A DNA stretch of 64,000 nt, taken from Thermoplasmata archaeon. GTDB taxonomy: Archaea > Thermoplasmatota > Thermoplasmata > RBG-16-68-12 > JAGMCJ01. The notes below the pieces were generated by a model, which was given only the letters and a program-made list of their open reading frames with translations, was not told where the DNA came from and did not search any database. The stretch is taken from NCBI GenBank assembly GCA_023136265.1, contig JAGLRN010000017.1:7509-71508 (forward strand). Reading direction: 5' to 3'. Each line of letters begins with the position of its first letter. Position 1 is the stretch's first letter. Positions 25,519-35,630 of the stretch are shown piece by piece. Both the position numbers and the translations under genes were made by a program.

Positions 25519-27105
25519 GTGGAGACCCCTTTCTCCGAGCTCGTTCAGGTGTGCAAGGCTCTCGAGTCCACGACCAAGAGGTTGGAGAAGAGGAGAGTCT
25601 TGGGGGAGTTTCTTCAGGGAGTCAACCCCGATGAGATCTCCCCAGCGGTACTGCTCGTCATAGGCAGGATCTTCCCGGAGGCGGAGTCAAAAGCCCTTCA
25701 CGTCGGATGGAGAACCGTCAAGAAGGCCCTCGGTCCGGGGAAGCAGGCCACACTTTTCGAGAAGCCTCTCAGCATTCTGGACGTCCGGAGGTCATTCGAT
25801 GAAATCGCCAAGGTCTCTGGTGGGGGCTCCATTAGCCGAAAGACGAACCTGATGAAGGCCCTGCTCGGTCGGGCGAGTGACGACGAGCGGGAGACGATCC
25901 TGAAGAATCTGTTCCGAGAGATGAGGCACGGTGTGAGTGAGGGCATCATGCTCGAGGCGATCGCCGACGCATCCGGCGCGGACGTCAACCTCGTCAGGCG
26001 GGCCCATATGTTGAGCGGGGACGTTGGCGGCGTAGCTCAGGTCGCGCTCACCTCAGGTCCTTCGGGACTCGAGAGGTTCGGACTGAGCCTCCTGAAACCC
26101 GTCAAGCCCATGCTCGGTGAGTTGGCGGAGAGCCTCGAGGACGTCTTCGAGGAGCATTCGACGGGAACCGCGCTAGAGTTCAAGTACGACGGCGCAAGAA
26201 TCCAGATACACCGCAAGGGGGACGAGGTCGGAATATTCACCCGCCGATTAATAGACGTGACGGCATCGCTCCCTGAGATACGGGAGACCGCCCTGAGCTT
26301 TCCCGCGAAGGAGTTCCTCTCGGACGGCGAGGTCGTCGCCGTGGATGGCGAAGGGAAGCCGCTGCCATTCCAGGACCTGATGAGGAGGTTCAGGCGGGTC
26401 CACGATGTGGATGAAGTGAGGAAGCAGATGCCACTCAAGCTCTACCTCTTCGACGTTCTGTATGTCGATGGGGAGATGTTGATTGACGAGCCATATGAAT
26501 CGAGGTGGCTTAGGCTGTCCGAACTCGCGCCAGACTATCTCGCGGAACGCATCGTATCATCTGAGTTAGGGGAAGCGACTGAATTCCTGGAAAGGGCGCT
26601 GGAGGCGGGGCACGAGGGCTTGATGGCAAAGGCTCTGGACAGCCCCTATCGCCCGGGTCACAGGGGAAAGAGGTGGTTCAAGGTCAAGCCCGCGGAAAGG
26701 CTAGACCTCGTCATCGTAGCGGCCGAGTGGGGCTACGGGCGAAGGGAAGGCTGGCTGAGCAACTACCATCTTGCTGTGAGGAACGAGGAGAGGGGCGGGT
26801 TCGAGATGATCGGGAAGACGTTCAAGGGGCTGACGGACGAGGAGTTCCAGTGGATGACGGACCGCCTCCTTTCGCTGAAGACGTCGGAAGACGGATACAC
26901 GGTTCTTGTCCGCCCGGAGGCCGTTGTCGAGGTCGCTTACAACGAGATCCAGAAGAGCACTCACTATGACTCGGGCTTTGCCCTCCGCTTCGCCAGGATA
27001 AAGCGCATCAGGGAGGACAAATCGCCCGAGGACGTTGATACGTTCTCCACGTTGAAAAGCCTCTATGAGAAGCAGTTCGAGCGGAAAGGCAGGTTGTCAG
27101 ACTGA
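25519..27105 (+). CDS. lig: ATP-dependent DNA ligase
   Basis: EFKYDGARIQIH (KxDG adenylation motif), OB domain, conserved C-terminal FPR..R motif. Confidence 0.9.
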   Translation: METPFSELVQVCKALESTTKRLEKRRVLGEFLQGVNPDEISPAVLLVIGRIFPEAESKALHVGWRTVKKALGPGKQATLFEKPLSILDVRRSFDEIAKVSGGGSISRKTNLMKALLGRASDDERETILKNLFREMRHGVSEGIMLEAIADASGADVNLVRRAHMLSGDVGGVAQVALTSGPSGLERFGLSLLKPVKPMLGELAESLEDVFEEHSTGTALEFKYDGARIQIHRKGDEVGIFTRRLIDVTASLPEIRETALSFPAKEFLSDGEVVAVDGEGKPLPFQDLMRRFRRVHDVDEVRKQMPLKLYLFDVLYVDGEMLIDEPYESRWLRLSELAPDYLAERIVSSELGEATEFLERALEAGHEGLMAKALDSPYRPGHRGKRWFKVKPAERLDLVIVAAEWGYGRREGWLSNYHLAVRNEERGGFEMIGKTFKGLTDEEFQWMTDRLLSLKTSEDGYTVLVRPEAVVEVAYNEIQKSTHYDSGFALRFARIKRIREDKSPEDVDTFSTLKSLYEKQFERKGRLSD

Positions 27106-27179
27106 GCGTCGCGGCTCCCGCCAAGTTCTTATTCTCGGATTCTTTTATCTTCCAGGTCCAGTGTCCCGGGAGGAATCTG

Positions 27180-28298
27180 ATGTCGAAATTCGTGGAATCC
27201 ATCGCCTACGACGAAGAACTCAAACGGGCCGCCAAGGTGGCCATTGAGGATGTCATGGCTGTGAAGGAGGGGGAGACCGTTCTCATCGTCTCGAATCCAG
27301 ATGATGAAGTTCGGAGGATATCCGAGGCCGTCTTCAACGCGTCGGTCGACTCCGGCGGGAAGACGTCAGTGGTCTTCCAAGAGCCTAAGACGCAGGTGGA
27401 CTTCGCCGAGGACGCCGTAATCAGGGCGATCGAATCGAATCCAGACGTTTTCATATCCATTAGCCGCCACAAGCTCGGAAAGGACAGGTTCAGGATGAAG
27501 GACCCCATCAGCGAGGTTGGGAAGGAGTTCGATCACATCTTCACGTACCTCTGGAAGACGAAGAAGCTGAGGTCGTTCTGGTCCCCCAGCATCACCACCA
27601 AGATGTTCAGCGAGACGGTCCCCATAGATTACGGGGAACTCAGGAGCAACGCCCGGAAGTTGAAGGAAATCCTGGACAAGGCCGATGCCGTCCACGTAAC
27701 CGCCAAGGCCGGAACGGACATGAGGATCGGGCTGAAGGGCAGGACGACCCACTTGGATGACGGGAACTTCACGGAGCCAGGCACGGGCGGGAACCTCCCC
27801 GCAGGCGAGGTCTACATATCACCCGAGCTGGAGTCCTCCGAGGGGACGATTGTCTACGATGGCAGTATATCCGCCCACAAGGGCGTGATCATAATCCGCA
27901 ATCCAATCAAGGTGAAGGTCGAGAGCAACTCCGTGACCAGCATTGAGGGCGGAGACGAGGCGAAGGCGCTAGAGAACGCCCTCGAAGTGAGCAAGGAGAC
28001 CGCACTTGAGATGGTCGAGAAAGGCTCGCTGACCCAAGAGCAGTCGGAGGAGTACGTCAATGGAGCCAGATGTCTCGGGGAGCTCGGGATCGGGCTGAAC
28101 AAGAATGCCAAGATAGTGGGCAACATGCTGGAGGACGAGAAGGTGTACGGGACCTGCCACATAGCCATCGGGTCCAACTACGACGAGGACGTGAAGTCGT
28201 TCACACATCTCGACGGGCTGGTCTGGTACCCGACCATAACCGCGATCTATCCTGACAACACAGAAGTGACGATAATGAAGGACGGAAAAATCGTCTAG
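27180..28298 (+). CDS. Aminopeptidase, M29 (aminopeptidase T/PepS) family
   Basis: N-terminus YDEELKRAAKVAIEDVMAVKEGETVLI and overall M29 architecture. Confidence 0.7.
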   Translation: MSKFVESIAYDEELKRAAKVAIEDVMAVKEGETVLIVSNPDDEVRRISEAVFNASVDSGGKTSVVFQEPKTQVDFAEDAVIRAIESNPDVFISISRHKLGKDRFRMKDPISEVGKEFDHIFTYLWKTKKLRSFWSPSITTKMFSETVPIDYGELRSNARKLKEILDKADAVHVTAKAGTDMRIGLKGRTTHLDDGNFTEPGTGGNLPAGEVYISPELESSEGTIVYDGSISAHKGVIIIRNPIKVKVESNSVTSIEGGDEAKALENALEVSKETALEMVEKGSLTQEQSEEYVNGARCLGELGIGLNKNAKIVGNMLEDEKVYGTCHIAIGSNYDEDVKSFTHLDGLVWYPTITAIYPDNTEVTIMKDGKIV

Positions 28299-28461
28299 AC
28301 CGCGCCCTCGAACTCTTCCTGTAAGTCGATTATGACCTGCTCCAAAACCTCTTCGAAAGTGGGACTCCTGTACTCTCTCACTCCCCCTAGCTCGCTTTGA
28401 ACACGAGCCAGATACGTGGAAGCGTCCTTGAGGAACTCAACATTACAGAGCGATTCTTCCA
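28297..28461 (-). CDS. Possible 55-aa acidic helical small protein (MEESLCNVEFLKDASTYLARVQSELGGVREYRSPTFEEVLEQVIIDLQEEFEGAV)
   Basis: ATG preceded by gaggacagaag. It fills the 375-bp gap between the peptidase and rps17e. Below the track's 60-aa cutoff. Speculative. Confidence 0.2.
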
Positions 28462-28674
28462 TCTTCTGTCCTCTTTCAGAAATGGCGTAAACAGATTTTG
28501 TATTTGAATCTTCCGCAGTGAGAACCGGTATGGAATGACCTTCTGAGGACCAAACTGGAGGAAATATGGATTCATCGATGTTCCTAGAAGGGCGCCGAAG
28601 TCAGAACAGCCAGGACAACATTTATTAATGATGGTCACATTGAAAGCTGAACGCCGAGATGAAATCACCTTGGA

Positions 28675-28875
28675 GTGAAACGCTTGGGTAACATAAGACC
28701 GACGTACATCAAGAGGATTGCCGTGGAACTCATCAAGAGATATCCGGAAGAATTCACCGACGACTTCGAGCACAACAAGAAGAAAGTCCAGGAGCTGACG
28801 GACGTGACTACGGCAACCTTGAGAAACAGAATCGCGGGATACCTCACAACGTTCAGGAAGCACTACGAGGCCTGA
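28675..28875 (+). CDS. rps17e: Ribosomal protein S17e
   Basis: [22 protein letters not shown] matches the S17e N-terminus. GTG start ~45 nt after TATA-like tttattaatg. Confidence 0.85.
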   Translation: MKRLGNIRPTYIKRIAVELIKRYPEEFTDDFEHNKKKVQELTDVTTATLRNRIAGYLTTFRKHYEA

Positions 28876-28905
28876 TCCCGGGCAAGTTTTTTGGCTTGCC
28901 GGGGA
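28876..28905 (+). terminator. Imperfect hairpin cccgggcaag...gcttgccgggg with an internal T6 run
   Basis: Inverted repeat flanking ttttttgg, immediately after the rps17e stop. Confidence 0.35.
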
Positions 28906-29004
28906 AAACCCGTGGCAAGCGTCCAACCTTCATCAACCCCCTGCCGTTAGGCTTATAGCCTGCGAAGTAGGAACGAGGTGGGCATCTCAACCTGGTGGCG
29001 AGAG

Positions 29005-30006
29005 ATGAACTACGCTGTCGAGACAAAAGATCTGACGAGGATCTTCCGCGTGAAGAAGCGGAGGAGAAGGCGCAGCGGAAGCAAGGGAGCGGAGCAAGAC
29101 GTCACAGCGCTGAAGGACGTGAACCTGCGCATCGAAGAGGGTGAGCTCTTCGGTCTCTTGGGTCCCAACGGTGCTGGAAAGACAACCCTGATAAAGATCC
29201 TCTGCACGCTTCTTCTTCCCACTTCTGGAAAGGCGTATGTCGCCGGGAACGACGTCGAGAAGGACCCATATCCGATCAGAAGGATCATCAACATGGTCTC
29301 GGGTGGGGAGACATCTGGCTACGGACTTCTCACGACCCGCGAGAATCTCTGGATGTTCTCCCAGTTCTACGGGATCCCCTCCAAGGAGGCCAAGAAACGG
29401 ATAGATGAGATGCTGGAGGCCTTCGGGATCTGGGACAAGAGGAACGCGAAGGTCAGGACGCTCTCGACGGGCGAGAGGCAGAAGGCGAACGTGATAAGGG
29501 GATTCATGACGGATCCGAGCATAATCTTCCTCGATGAGCCTACTCTGGGTCTTGACGTGAACGCGAGTCGAATAATCAGGAAGTTCATCAGCGACTGGGT
29601 GAGGGAGACGAGCGGGAGGACCGTTCTCCTCACTACCCACTATATGATGGAGGCGGACGAGCTCTGTGACAGGCTGGCAATCATAGACGAAGGTGGAATA
29701 GTCGCATGCGACACGCCTCGGAATCTGAAGAGGACGGTCAGCAAGGCCTCATCGCTCATGTTCGAGGTAGACTACCTCAGGGATCCTGACAAGCTCAAGG
29801 GAATCGAAGGCATTCAGAACTTTACCTACAAGCACAACGGTCAGATGAACAGGACGTTGCTCACCTTCATAGTACAGGACGAATCCGCAGTTGCGGACAT
29901 CGTCTCCAGAATCGTGGACCAGGGCGCGAAGATCCACTCGTTGGAGAAGAGGGAGCCCACGCTCGAGGATGTCTTCGTCTCTCTCGTGGGCAAGGGGCTG
30001 GCATGA
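29005..30006 (+). CDS. ABC transporter ATP-binding protein (ABC-2/DrrA-like with C-terminal extension)
   Basis: Walker A GPNGAGKTT, LSTGERQK signature, IFLDEPT. ATG at 29005; the track GTG start at 28978 is less likely. Confidence 0.85.
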   Translation: MNYAVETKDLTRIFRVKKRRRRRSGSKGAEQDVTALKDVNLRIEEGELFGLLGPNGAGKTTLIKILCTLLLPTSGKAYVAGNDVEKDPYPIRRIINMVSGGETSGYGLLTTRENLWMFSQFYGIPSKEAKKRIDEMLEAFGIWDKRNAKVRTLSTGERQKANVIRGFMTDPSIIFLDEPTLGLDVNASRIIRKFISDWVRETSGRTVLLTTHYMMEADELCDRLAIIDEGGIVACDTPRNLKRTVSKASSLMFEVDYLRDPDKLKGIEGIQNFTYKHNGQMNRTLLTFIVQDESAVADIVSRIVDQGAKIHSLEKREPTLEDVFVSLVGKGLA

Positions 30007-30848
30007 AGGAATACTTGCTGCTCAACCTGAGGGCCCTGAAGGGCCGAGCGTACCCAAGAGTAGTGGGAGGCACCCGGGAACTCAGCTGGATCTTCTTCGA
30101 CACGGTTCTCCCTCTTCTCACCGTAGCAGCGTATGTCTTCGTCTATAAGTATCTCGGAACCTTTGAGGGACCGCAGCAGGAGTACATCGCTCAGTTCATT
30201 GGGTACGTCATTCTCGGAGGTGCCATGACAGCCTACTGGATGAATGTCCTGTGGAGCATGGCGGCTCAGTTCTACTGGGAGAAGGAGATAGGCAACCTTC
30301 AGCTCTATATGATCGCTCCGATGTCGAGGATGGCGGTTCTCGGAGGCATGGCGCTCGGCGGGATGTTCTACACATCGGTGCGAGCGATATCCACGATAGT
30401 AATAGGTGTGCTCATATTCGGAGTGACCTTCTCCCTCGGCCCGCCGATATACTTGGTCCTCGTGTTCATCCTCACTCTGATAGCTCTGTACGGGATGGGG
30501 ATGCTCTTCGCATCGCTCTACATGATCTACGGAAGAGAAGCTTGGCACATGTCCAGTCTTCTCACCGAGCCCATCTATCTCGTCTCGGGGTTCTATTTCC
30601 CTGTGAGGTACCTAGGATCCATTGTCGCCCTTTCAGCATCGATAATCCCAATCACGCTCGGACTCGACGCTCTCAGGCAGCTCATGTTTACCGAAACCGC
30701 CGGCATCCACGGCTTCCTTCCTGTGGAAGTGGAGCTGGTCGCACTTGCGGTCCTGTCCGTTCTCTTCCTTTTCCTTGCCAGACACTCTCTTCGCTTCATG
30801 GAGAACCTGGGCCGAAAGACCGGGAGGTTGACGATGAGATGGCAATGA
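30003..30848 (+). CDS. ABC-2 transporter permease
   Basis: Six TM helices. Start overlaps the ATPase stop. Confidence 0.75.
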   Translation: MKEYLLLNLRALKGRAYPRVVGGTRELSWIFFDTVLPLLTVAAYVFVYKYLGTFEGPQQEYIAQFIGYVILGGAMTAYWMNVLWSMAAQFYWEKEIGNLQLYMIAPMSRMAVLGGMALGGMFYTSVRAISTIVIGVLIFGVTFSLGPPIYLVLVFILTLIALYGMGMLFASLYMIYGREAWHMSSLLTEPIYLVSGFYFPVRYLGSIVALSASIIPITLGLDALRQLMFTETAGIHGFLPVEVELVALAVLSVLFLFLARHSLRFMENLGRKTGRLTMRWQ

Positions 30849-31696
30849 AGGAGAACCTCAGGACCCTTCTTGGGGCCGGTTGGCTCGGCTGGCAGATGGA
30901 AGCCAACTGGACCGATCCGTTTCTGTTCTTGGTTTACTCTGTAGCGAAGCCTGTCTCTGGTGCCTTGATCCTTGTCTTCATGTACATCGTCATACTCGGC
31001 GGTGTCGCTGCTCAAAGCACGGCATTCGCCTACATATTCCTGGGCAACGCCTTCTTCATCTATGTAGGGCAGGTGCTCTTCGGTGTGACCTGGGTCATCC
31101 ACGAGGACAGGGAGCACTTCCAGACTCTGAAGTTGATATACATCTCACCGATCAGCTTCTACTACTACATCATAGGTCGAGCGGGAAGCAAAATCCTCAT
31201 CGCGACGATAGCTGTCGTGGTCACACTGCTCTTCGGTGTCTTTGCCCTGGGCATTCCCGTGGACGCGTTCACGATGGACTGGGGCCTTCTTATCCTCTGC
31301 TTGACTGTGGGCATGGCATGTTTGGTCTCTATCGGTATCGCTCTGGCGGGGATAACCTTCCTGACCGCCAAGCACAGTGGGGGAATCAACGAAGGCATCG
31401 CGGGTCTATTCTACGTCTTCTGCGGCGTCGTTTTCCCCATAACTCAACTCCCCGCGTGGGGCCAATCCCTCGGATATGCCATTCCAGTGACATACTGGCT
31501 GGAAGCGATGAGGAAGGCCCTGCTCCCAGCACAACAGTTGCAGGGCACAGGGCTCCAGGGCATCGAGAACATCTGGCTGGTCGCGCTGCTGGCCGTCTCA
31601 GCCCTATTCTTCTACTTCCTGTCAATACTCATTTTCAGACTGGGCGACTACCTCGCCAGGCGGGCGGGAAAAATCGATATGACTACCGCCTACTAG
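30839..31696 (+). CDS. ABC-2 transporter permease, second subunit
   Basis: MAMKENLRTLLGAGWLGW... multi-TM. ATGA start/stop overlap with the previous permease. The track ORF 30251-31696 is over-extended. Confidence 0.7.
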   Translation: MAMKENLRTLLGAGWLGWQMEANWTDPFLFLVYSVAKPVSGALILVFMYIVILGGVAAQSTAFAYIFLGNAFFIYVGQVLFGVTWVIHEDREHFQTLKLIYISPISFYYYIIGRAGSKILIATIAVVVTLLFGVFALGIPVDAFTMDWGLLILCLTVGMACLVSIGIALAGITFLTAKHSGGINEGIAGLFYVFCGVVFPITQLPAWGQSLGYAIPVTYWLEAMRKALLPAQQLQGTGLQGIENIWLVALLAVSALFFYFLSILIFRLGDYLARRAGKIDMTTAY

Positions 31697-32012
31697 ACTT
31701 CTCTCTCAAATAGGGCATCCTCATTACGTGACCGCATTCCCCGCAGGTTATCGTTATCCTTGAACTCCGGAGCCGCACCCTGCTGTTCTCAGACGGGAGC
31801 AGGAAGGAGCCACACTTGCGGCAGAACCTTCTCTTCAGGGCCGAAGGGAAGGGCGTGTTGTACCTCATGCCGATGCGCCTTGCCAGGTGGATATATCTAT
31901 TCGACCTCCTCAAGTTGCCCCGGAGGGCCTCCTTCTCGGCCTGCTGGAACAGAATCAGAATCCGCTCCCGCGCGATTCTCCTCTCGAGACCCTTCCTCCT
32001 CCTTTTTGCCAT
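31683..32012 (-). CDS. rnp4: RNase P protein component 4 (Rpp21/Rpr2)
   Basis: Zinc ribbon CRKCGSFL...CGECGH and ILFQQAEKEA N-terminal helix, as in archaeal Rpp21. Confidence 0.75.
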   Translation of the reverse strand: MAKRRRKGLERRIARERILILFQQAEKEALRGNLRRSNRYIHLARRIGMRYNTPFPSALKRRFCRKCGSFLLPSENSRVRLRSSRITITCGECGHVMRMPYLREKSSRR

Positions 32013-32073
32013 GGTCAGCTAGGGATGAAGACTTACTAGCAAATATGATTTAGGCTATGAGATATTACGGACC

Positions 32074-33165
32074 ATGACGAAATCGAGAGTGGGGAAGATA
32101 TTCCGACATGCTGAGAAGGGCATCGACTGCATCATATTCATGAACGGAACCGAGCCGCTTCTCGACATGACGTTCTTCTACGTTACAGGTTTCACATCGG
32201 GGCTCTTCGAGGGCAGCGCCGTTTTCACACATCCAGATAAATCGATGAGATTGGTGACATCGCTCCTTGAGCGGGAGAGCGCGAGAAGGGCGGACTTCCC
32301 CGTGAGGATATTCAAGAGCATCCAGGAGAGGGAGAAGAAGTTCAAGTCCTCGCTTCGAGGCTGCAAGAGAATCGGCGTGAACTCGCCGGAGCTCACGTAT
32401 CGGAACTACATGTTGCTCAAGAAGCTCGTTCCCAAAGCGGAGCTCATTGACGTATCCGAAGCTGTGATGAAAGCCAGGGTCGTGAAGGACAGGAAGGAGA
32501 TCGCGACGATAAGGAGAGCGTGCGAAATCTCATCCGAGGTCGCCAAGGAAATCATTCCCTACATAGACGTCGGAGTGAAGGAGTACGAACTCGCGGCGAG
32601 GATAAACTTCCTGATGCAGAAGAAGGGAGCGTCTGAACCCGCGTTCGAGACGATACCCGCCTCGGGGCCGAACTCGGCGGAGGCACACTACACGGCGGCG
32701 GACAGAACGCTTCAGAAGCGGGATTTCGTCCTCTTCGATTTCGGGGCCCGCTACAAGAAATACGTCTCGGACCTGACCAGGACCTACGTCCTGGGAAAGG
32801 CGAAGAAGAAGCAGAGGGAGATGTACGAAATCGTTCTGAAGACCCAGAGAAGCGCCATGAGGAGAATCCGACCGGGAGTGAAGGCATCAACGGTCCACAA
32901 TGCAGCCGCGAGGATGATAGACAAGACGAAGTACAGGGGCAAGTTCACCCACGGGCTCGGACATAGCATTGGGTTGTCGGTCCATGATGGAATGGGCTTG
33001 GGACCGTTCTCGGATTTCAAGCTCGAGAAGGGAATGGTCTTCACCGTCGAACCGGGGATATACGTTCGCGGATATGGTGGCGTTAGGATCGAAGACGATA
33101 TCGTCGTAACGAAGGGCGGCTGCGAGTCTCTGACGACAGCCGACCGCGACCTCATCGAGATCTAG
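32074..33165 (+). CDS. Xaa-Pro aminopeptidase/prolidase (M24 family)
   Basis: HGLGHSIGLSVHDG and FTVEPGIY metal-binding pita-bread motifs. Confidence 0.85.
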   Translation: MTKSRVGKIFRHAEKGIDCIIFMNGTEPLLDMTFFYVTGFTSGLFEGSAVFTHPDKSMRLVTSLLERESARRADFPVRIFKSIQEREKKFKSSLRGCKRIGVNSPELTYRNYMLLKKLVPKAELIDVSEAVMKARVVKDRKEIATIRRACEISSEVAKEIIPYIDVGVKEYELAARINFLMQKKGASEPAFETIPASGPNSAEAHYTAADRTLQKRDFVLFDFGARYKKYVSDLTRTYVLGKAKKKQREMYEIVLKTQRSAMRRIRPGVKASTVHNAAARMIDKTKYRGKFTHGLGHSIGLSVHDGMGLGPFSDFKLEKGMVFTVEPGIYVRGYGGVRIEDDIVVTKGGCESLTTADRDLIEI

Positions 33166-33665
33166 GACTGGAACTCTCGCACGATCTTTGGCGGGAAGCG
33201 CCCGGTCTCGATGTCCTTGATTATTCGGGCGACGGTCTCCCTTGCTAGCGACACTTGCTCTTCAGTTATCCAACCCTTCTCGATGGCTTCTTGAAACTCG
33301 TCCTCATCGAGTATCTCGTACCGCATGTCAGGCAGGACAAACACGTCGAGGTAGAGATCGATGATCTCATACCCTCCCTCGACGCGAGAAGGCTCAGTGT
33401 TCACGTTGCAGAAGTAACCCGTGAGGTTCCCATCCTTGTCTGTGACTACGATGATTTCAAGTGGAGGGTTGAAGAACTCGAACAACAGTGCACGATAGCC
33501 CTCTGCCACGACTTCCTGACCGTGTATGATCAACGGCCTTCTGAAATCGATGAAGTCGAACCGCGTTATGACAAGGTCCCCTCGGTCCTCAACCAATTCC
33601 TGCTCGTAGTCGAACGTCTCGCCGTGTGGCCTAATCACCCTGACAAGCACGACCCACAAACGCAT
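33162..33665 (-). CDS. Hypothetical protein, DUF402-like
   Basis: IDLYLDVFVLPDMRYEILDEDEF resembles the DUF402 acidic motif. Weak. Confidence 0.45.
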   Translation of the reverse strand: MRLWVVLVRVIRPHGETFDYEQELVEDRGDLVITRFDFIDFRRPLIIHGQEVVAEGYRALLFEFFNPPLEIIVVTDKDGNLTGYFCNVNTEPSRVEGGYEIIDLYLDVFVLPDMRYEILDEDEFQEAIEKGWITEEQVSLARETVARIIKDIETGRFPPKIVREFQS

Positions 33666-33677
33666 TCTCGCTTATAA

Positions 33678-35561
33678 CTACTCAACCGGTGGTTCTTCCT
33701 TCTTCCTGCGCTTGATGAGCACGAGCACAACCACGAGGGCCGCAACCACCATGAGCGCTATCGCCGCATACAAGACGTAGTCGAATCCCTTGTCATCTCC
33801 TTCATCATCCACGGGCGGATGGCTGTGCGGATCGTCGGGATCGGTCCCGTTCTGATACTCGACGAGGTTGGAGAACCCATCCCCATCTAGATCTTCATCG
33901 GCATCGGAGGGATCCAAGGGATCAAGAGAATTCGAGTGCTCCCAACCATCCGGCATCGTGTCCTCATCGGTGTCGTTGGACAGCGGATTCGTCCCAAGTC
34001 CATCCTCCGTCTCATCGGACAACCCATCACCGTCATCATCCAGGTCGCTGAAGTCTGGCTCACCGTCTCCGTCAGTGTCCAGGATGTCTCCCTCAAAGAT
34101 CTCCGTATGTGAGAGGTTCATGTCGACGCTCCTGTTGTGGTATGCGAAGAACAGAGTGGGGTGAGTAACCGTCACCATCGTGGTATTATGCACTCTCACA
34201 CCGTCTTCGTAGGTCTCGTGGGCAACCGTGACGTCTCGCACGTATCCCTGGACGTTGGTGACGTTGGAGAAAACGGATACACCGTTGTCTGTGATTTCAA
34301 CCGTGACATTATCGACTGGGTCCGACGTCTGGTGCTCGATGGTGTGGACGGTCAAGTAGTTCTTAACGAGGAGATGACAGGCTGGACAACCAGATCCTGC
34401 GGAGACCTTCCCGCCAAAAGTGGAGTTGACCACGACCAGAGCAGAACCTGACTCGAGGAAGAAATCCCTCAACGCCCCACTTATCGTCGAGTTGTAGAAA
34501 GTCGCGTCACCTTCGTAGGCGTACACGCCATCATCCACACCCGATATGTTTGCACCTTCGATGGTGCCAAACGAAGATCCGAGTCTCAGGCCAACAATGC
34601 TGCCTTCCGAGACATCGCCTAGGGACTGAACATTGGTGAAATCCAGGTGGAAGCCCACCTGCTCGTTTCCCCGGGCTACATTCATCCTGCTGATTAAGAG
34701 GCCGCTGCCCCAGGAATAGAAGCCAGCTACGTTATTGATGGCGGTGTTCGCAATCAGGACGGGTTGCGAAACAAAGGACCGCAGTCCATAAGTGTTGCCC
34801 TCCATCGTGTTGTTGCAGATAAGCGAAGTTGAGGATTCTAGTCGTATCCCGTGAGTGTTACTCATGAAAGTGCTGTTCTGGATTGTAACGTTCGTGTTTC
34901 GGACGTATGCACCGTTTTCCGTGTACGCGACCCTCACGTAGTTGAATACTGACGACTCACTGCCTGTGTCGAAGTACACGCCGTCCCAGTCCCCCTTCTG
35001 GGGCTCTGAGGAGTTCGAGGTGAAAATTATCATTTGGTTCCATGACCCCTGAGCGACCAAGGTTCCTGCAACAGAGAGCCTGGTTCCATTGTCAAACGCG
35101 ATAGTCGCTCCCGGATCGATGGTGAGTGTCGCATTAGCACCGACGACCAAATCCCCCTTGACAACCCTCGTGGAAGAGTCCCAGTGGTCGTCCACGACCT
35201 CGAAGGACACATTGTGGTAGAATACGTCAGGAAGCTGTGTATAGCTCGCGTTGACCCACCATGTCCCCGTCTGGTTAGCGGTGTAATTGCTTCTTGCGAG
35301 TCCGCCGTCGTCAGGATCGGATGCCACAGTGTGGACGAGCGAACCGGTAGGGTCGTACCACTGGAAATCCACATCGTTAAGCTCAGATGGCGGCGAGCCC
35401 GTGAAGTTCAGTAGCGCACCCGCCACGACCTTGGATTCGTTCACATAATCCGAGACCACTGTCACGATGTCGCTCACAGTAACAGCTGCTCTCACGTTGA
35501 CGCCGGCGAACGTGCTCGTGACAAGGATTGCCATGATGGTGATGGCAAGGCGGCTTTTCAT
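33678..35561 (-). CDS. Cell-surface right-handed beta-helix glycoprotein with TSP3-like Ca-binding D-rich repeats and a C-terminal TM anchor
   Basis: Signal peptide MKSRLAITIMAILVTSTFAG. More than 25 N-x-S/T sequons. PbH1-like repeats (NNTMEGNTYGLR, ANTAINNVAGF). DTDGDGEPDFSDLDDDGDGLSD repeats. C-terminal LYAAIALMVVAALVVVLVLIKRRKKEE. Confidence 0.75.
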   Translation of the reverse strand: MKSRLAITIMAILVTSTFAGVNVRAAVTVSDIVTVVSDYVNESKVVAGALLNFTGSPPSELNDVDFQWYDPTGSLVHTVASDPDDGGLARSNYTANQTGTWWVNASYTQLPDVFYHNVSFEVVDDHWDSSTRVVKGDLVVGANATLTIDPGATIAFDNGTRLSVAGTLVAQGSWNQMIIFTSNSSEPQKGDWDGVYFDTGSESSVFNYVRVAYTENGAYVRNTNVTIQNSTFMSNTHGIRLESSTSLICNNTMEGNTYGLRSFVSQPVLIANTAINNVAGFYSWGSGLLISRMNVARGNEQVGFHLDFTNVQSLGDVSEGSIVGLRLGSSFGTIEGANISGVDDGVYAYEGDATFYNSTISGALRDFFLESGSALVVVNSTFGGKVSAGSGCPACHLLVKNYLTVHTIEHQTSDPVDNVTVEITDNGVSVFSNVTNVQGYVRDVTVAHETYEDGVRVHNTTMVTVTHPTLFFAYHNRSVDMNLSHTEIFEGDILDTDGDGEPDFSDLDDDGDGLSDETEDGLGTNPLSNDTDEDTMPDGWEHSNSLDPLDPSDADEDLDGDGFSNLVEYQNGTDPDDPHSHPPVDDEGDDKGFDYVLYAAIALMVVAALVVVLVLIKRRKKEEPPVE

Positions 35562-35630
35562 GTGACCAAGACCATGGTTTGCACTATATATTCGTTTCCT
35601 GAATGGCTGGCAAACGGTAGAAGTCCTGGC

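Noticed and set aside
28387-28926. 179-aa minus-strand ORF
   Set aside because: Overlaps rps17e, which has a clear S17e signature and a promoter. Translation is Cys/Ser-rich junk.
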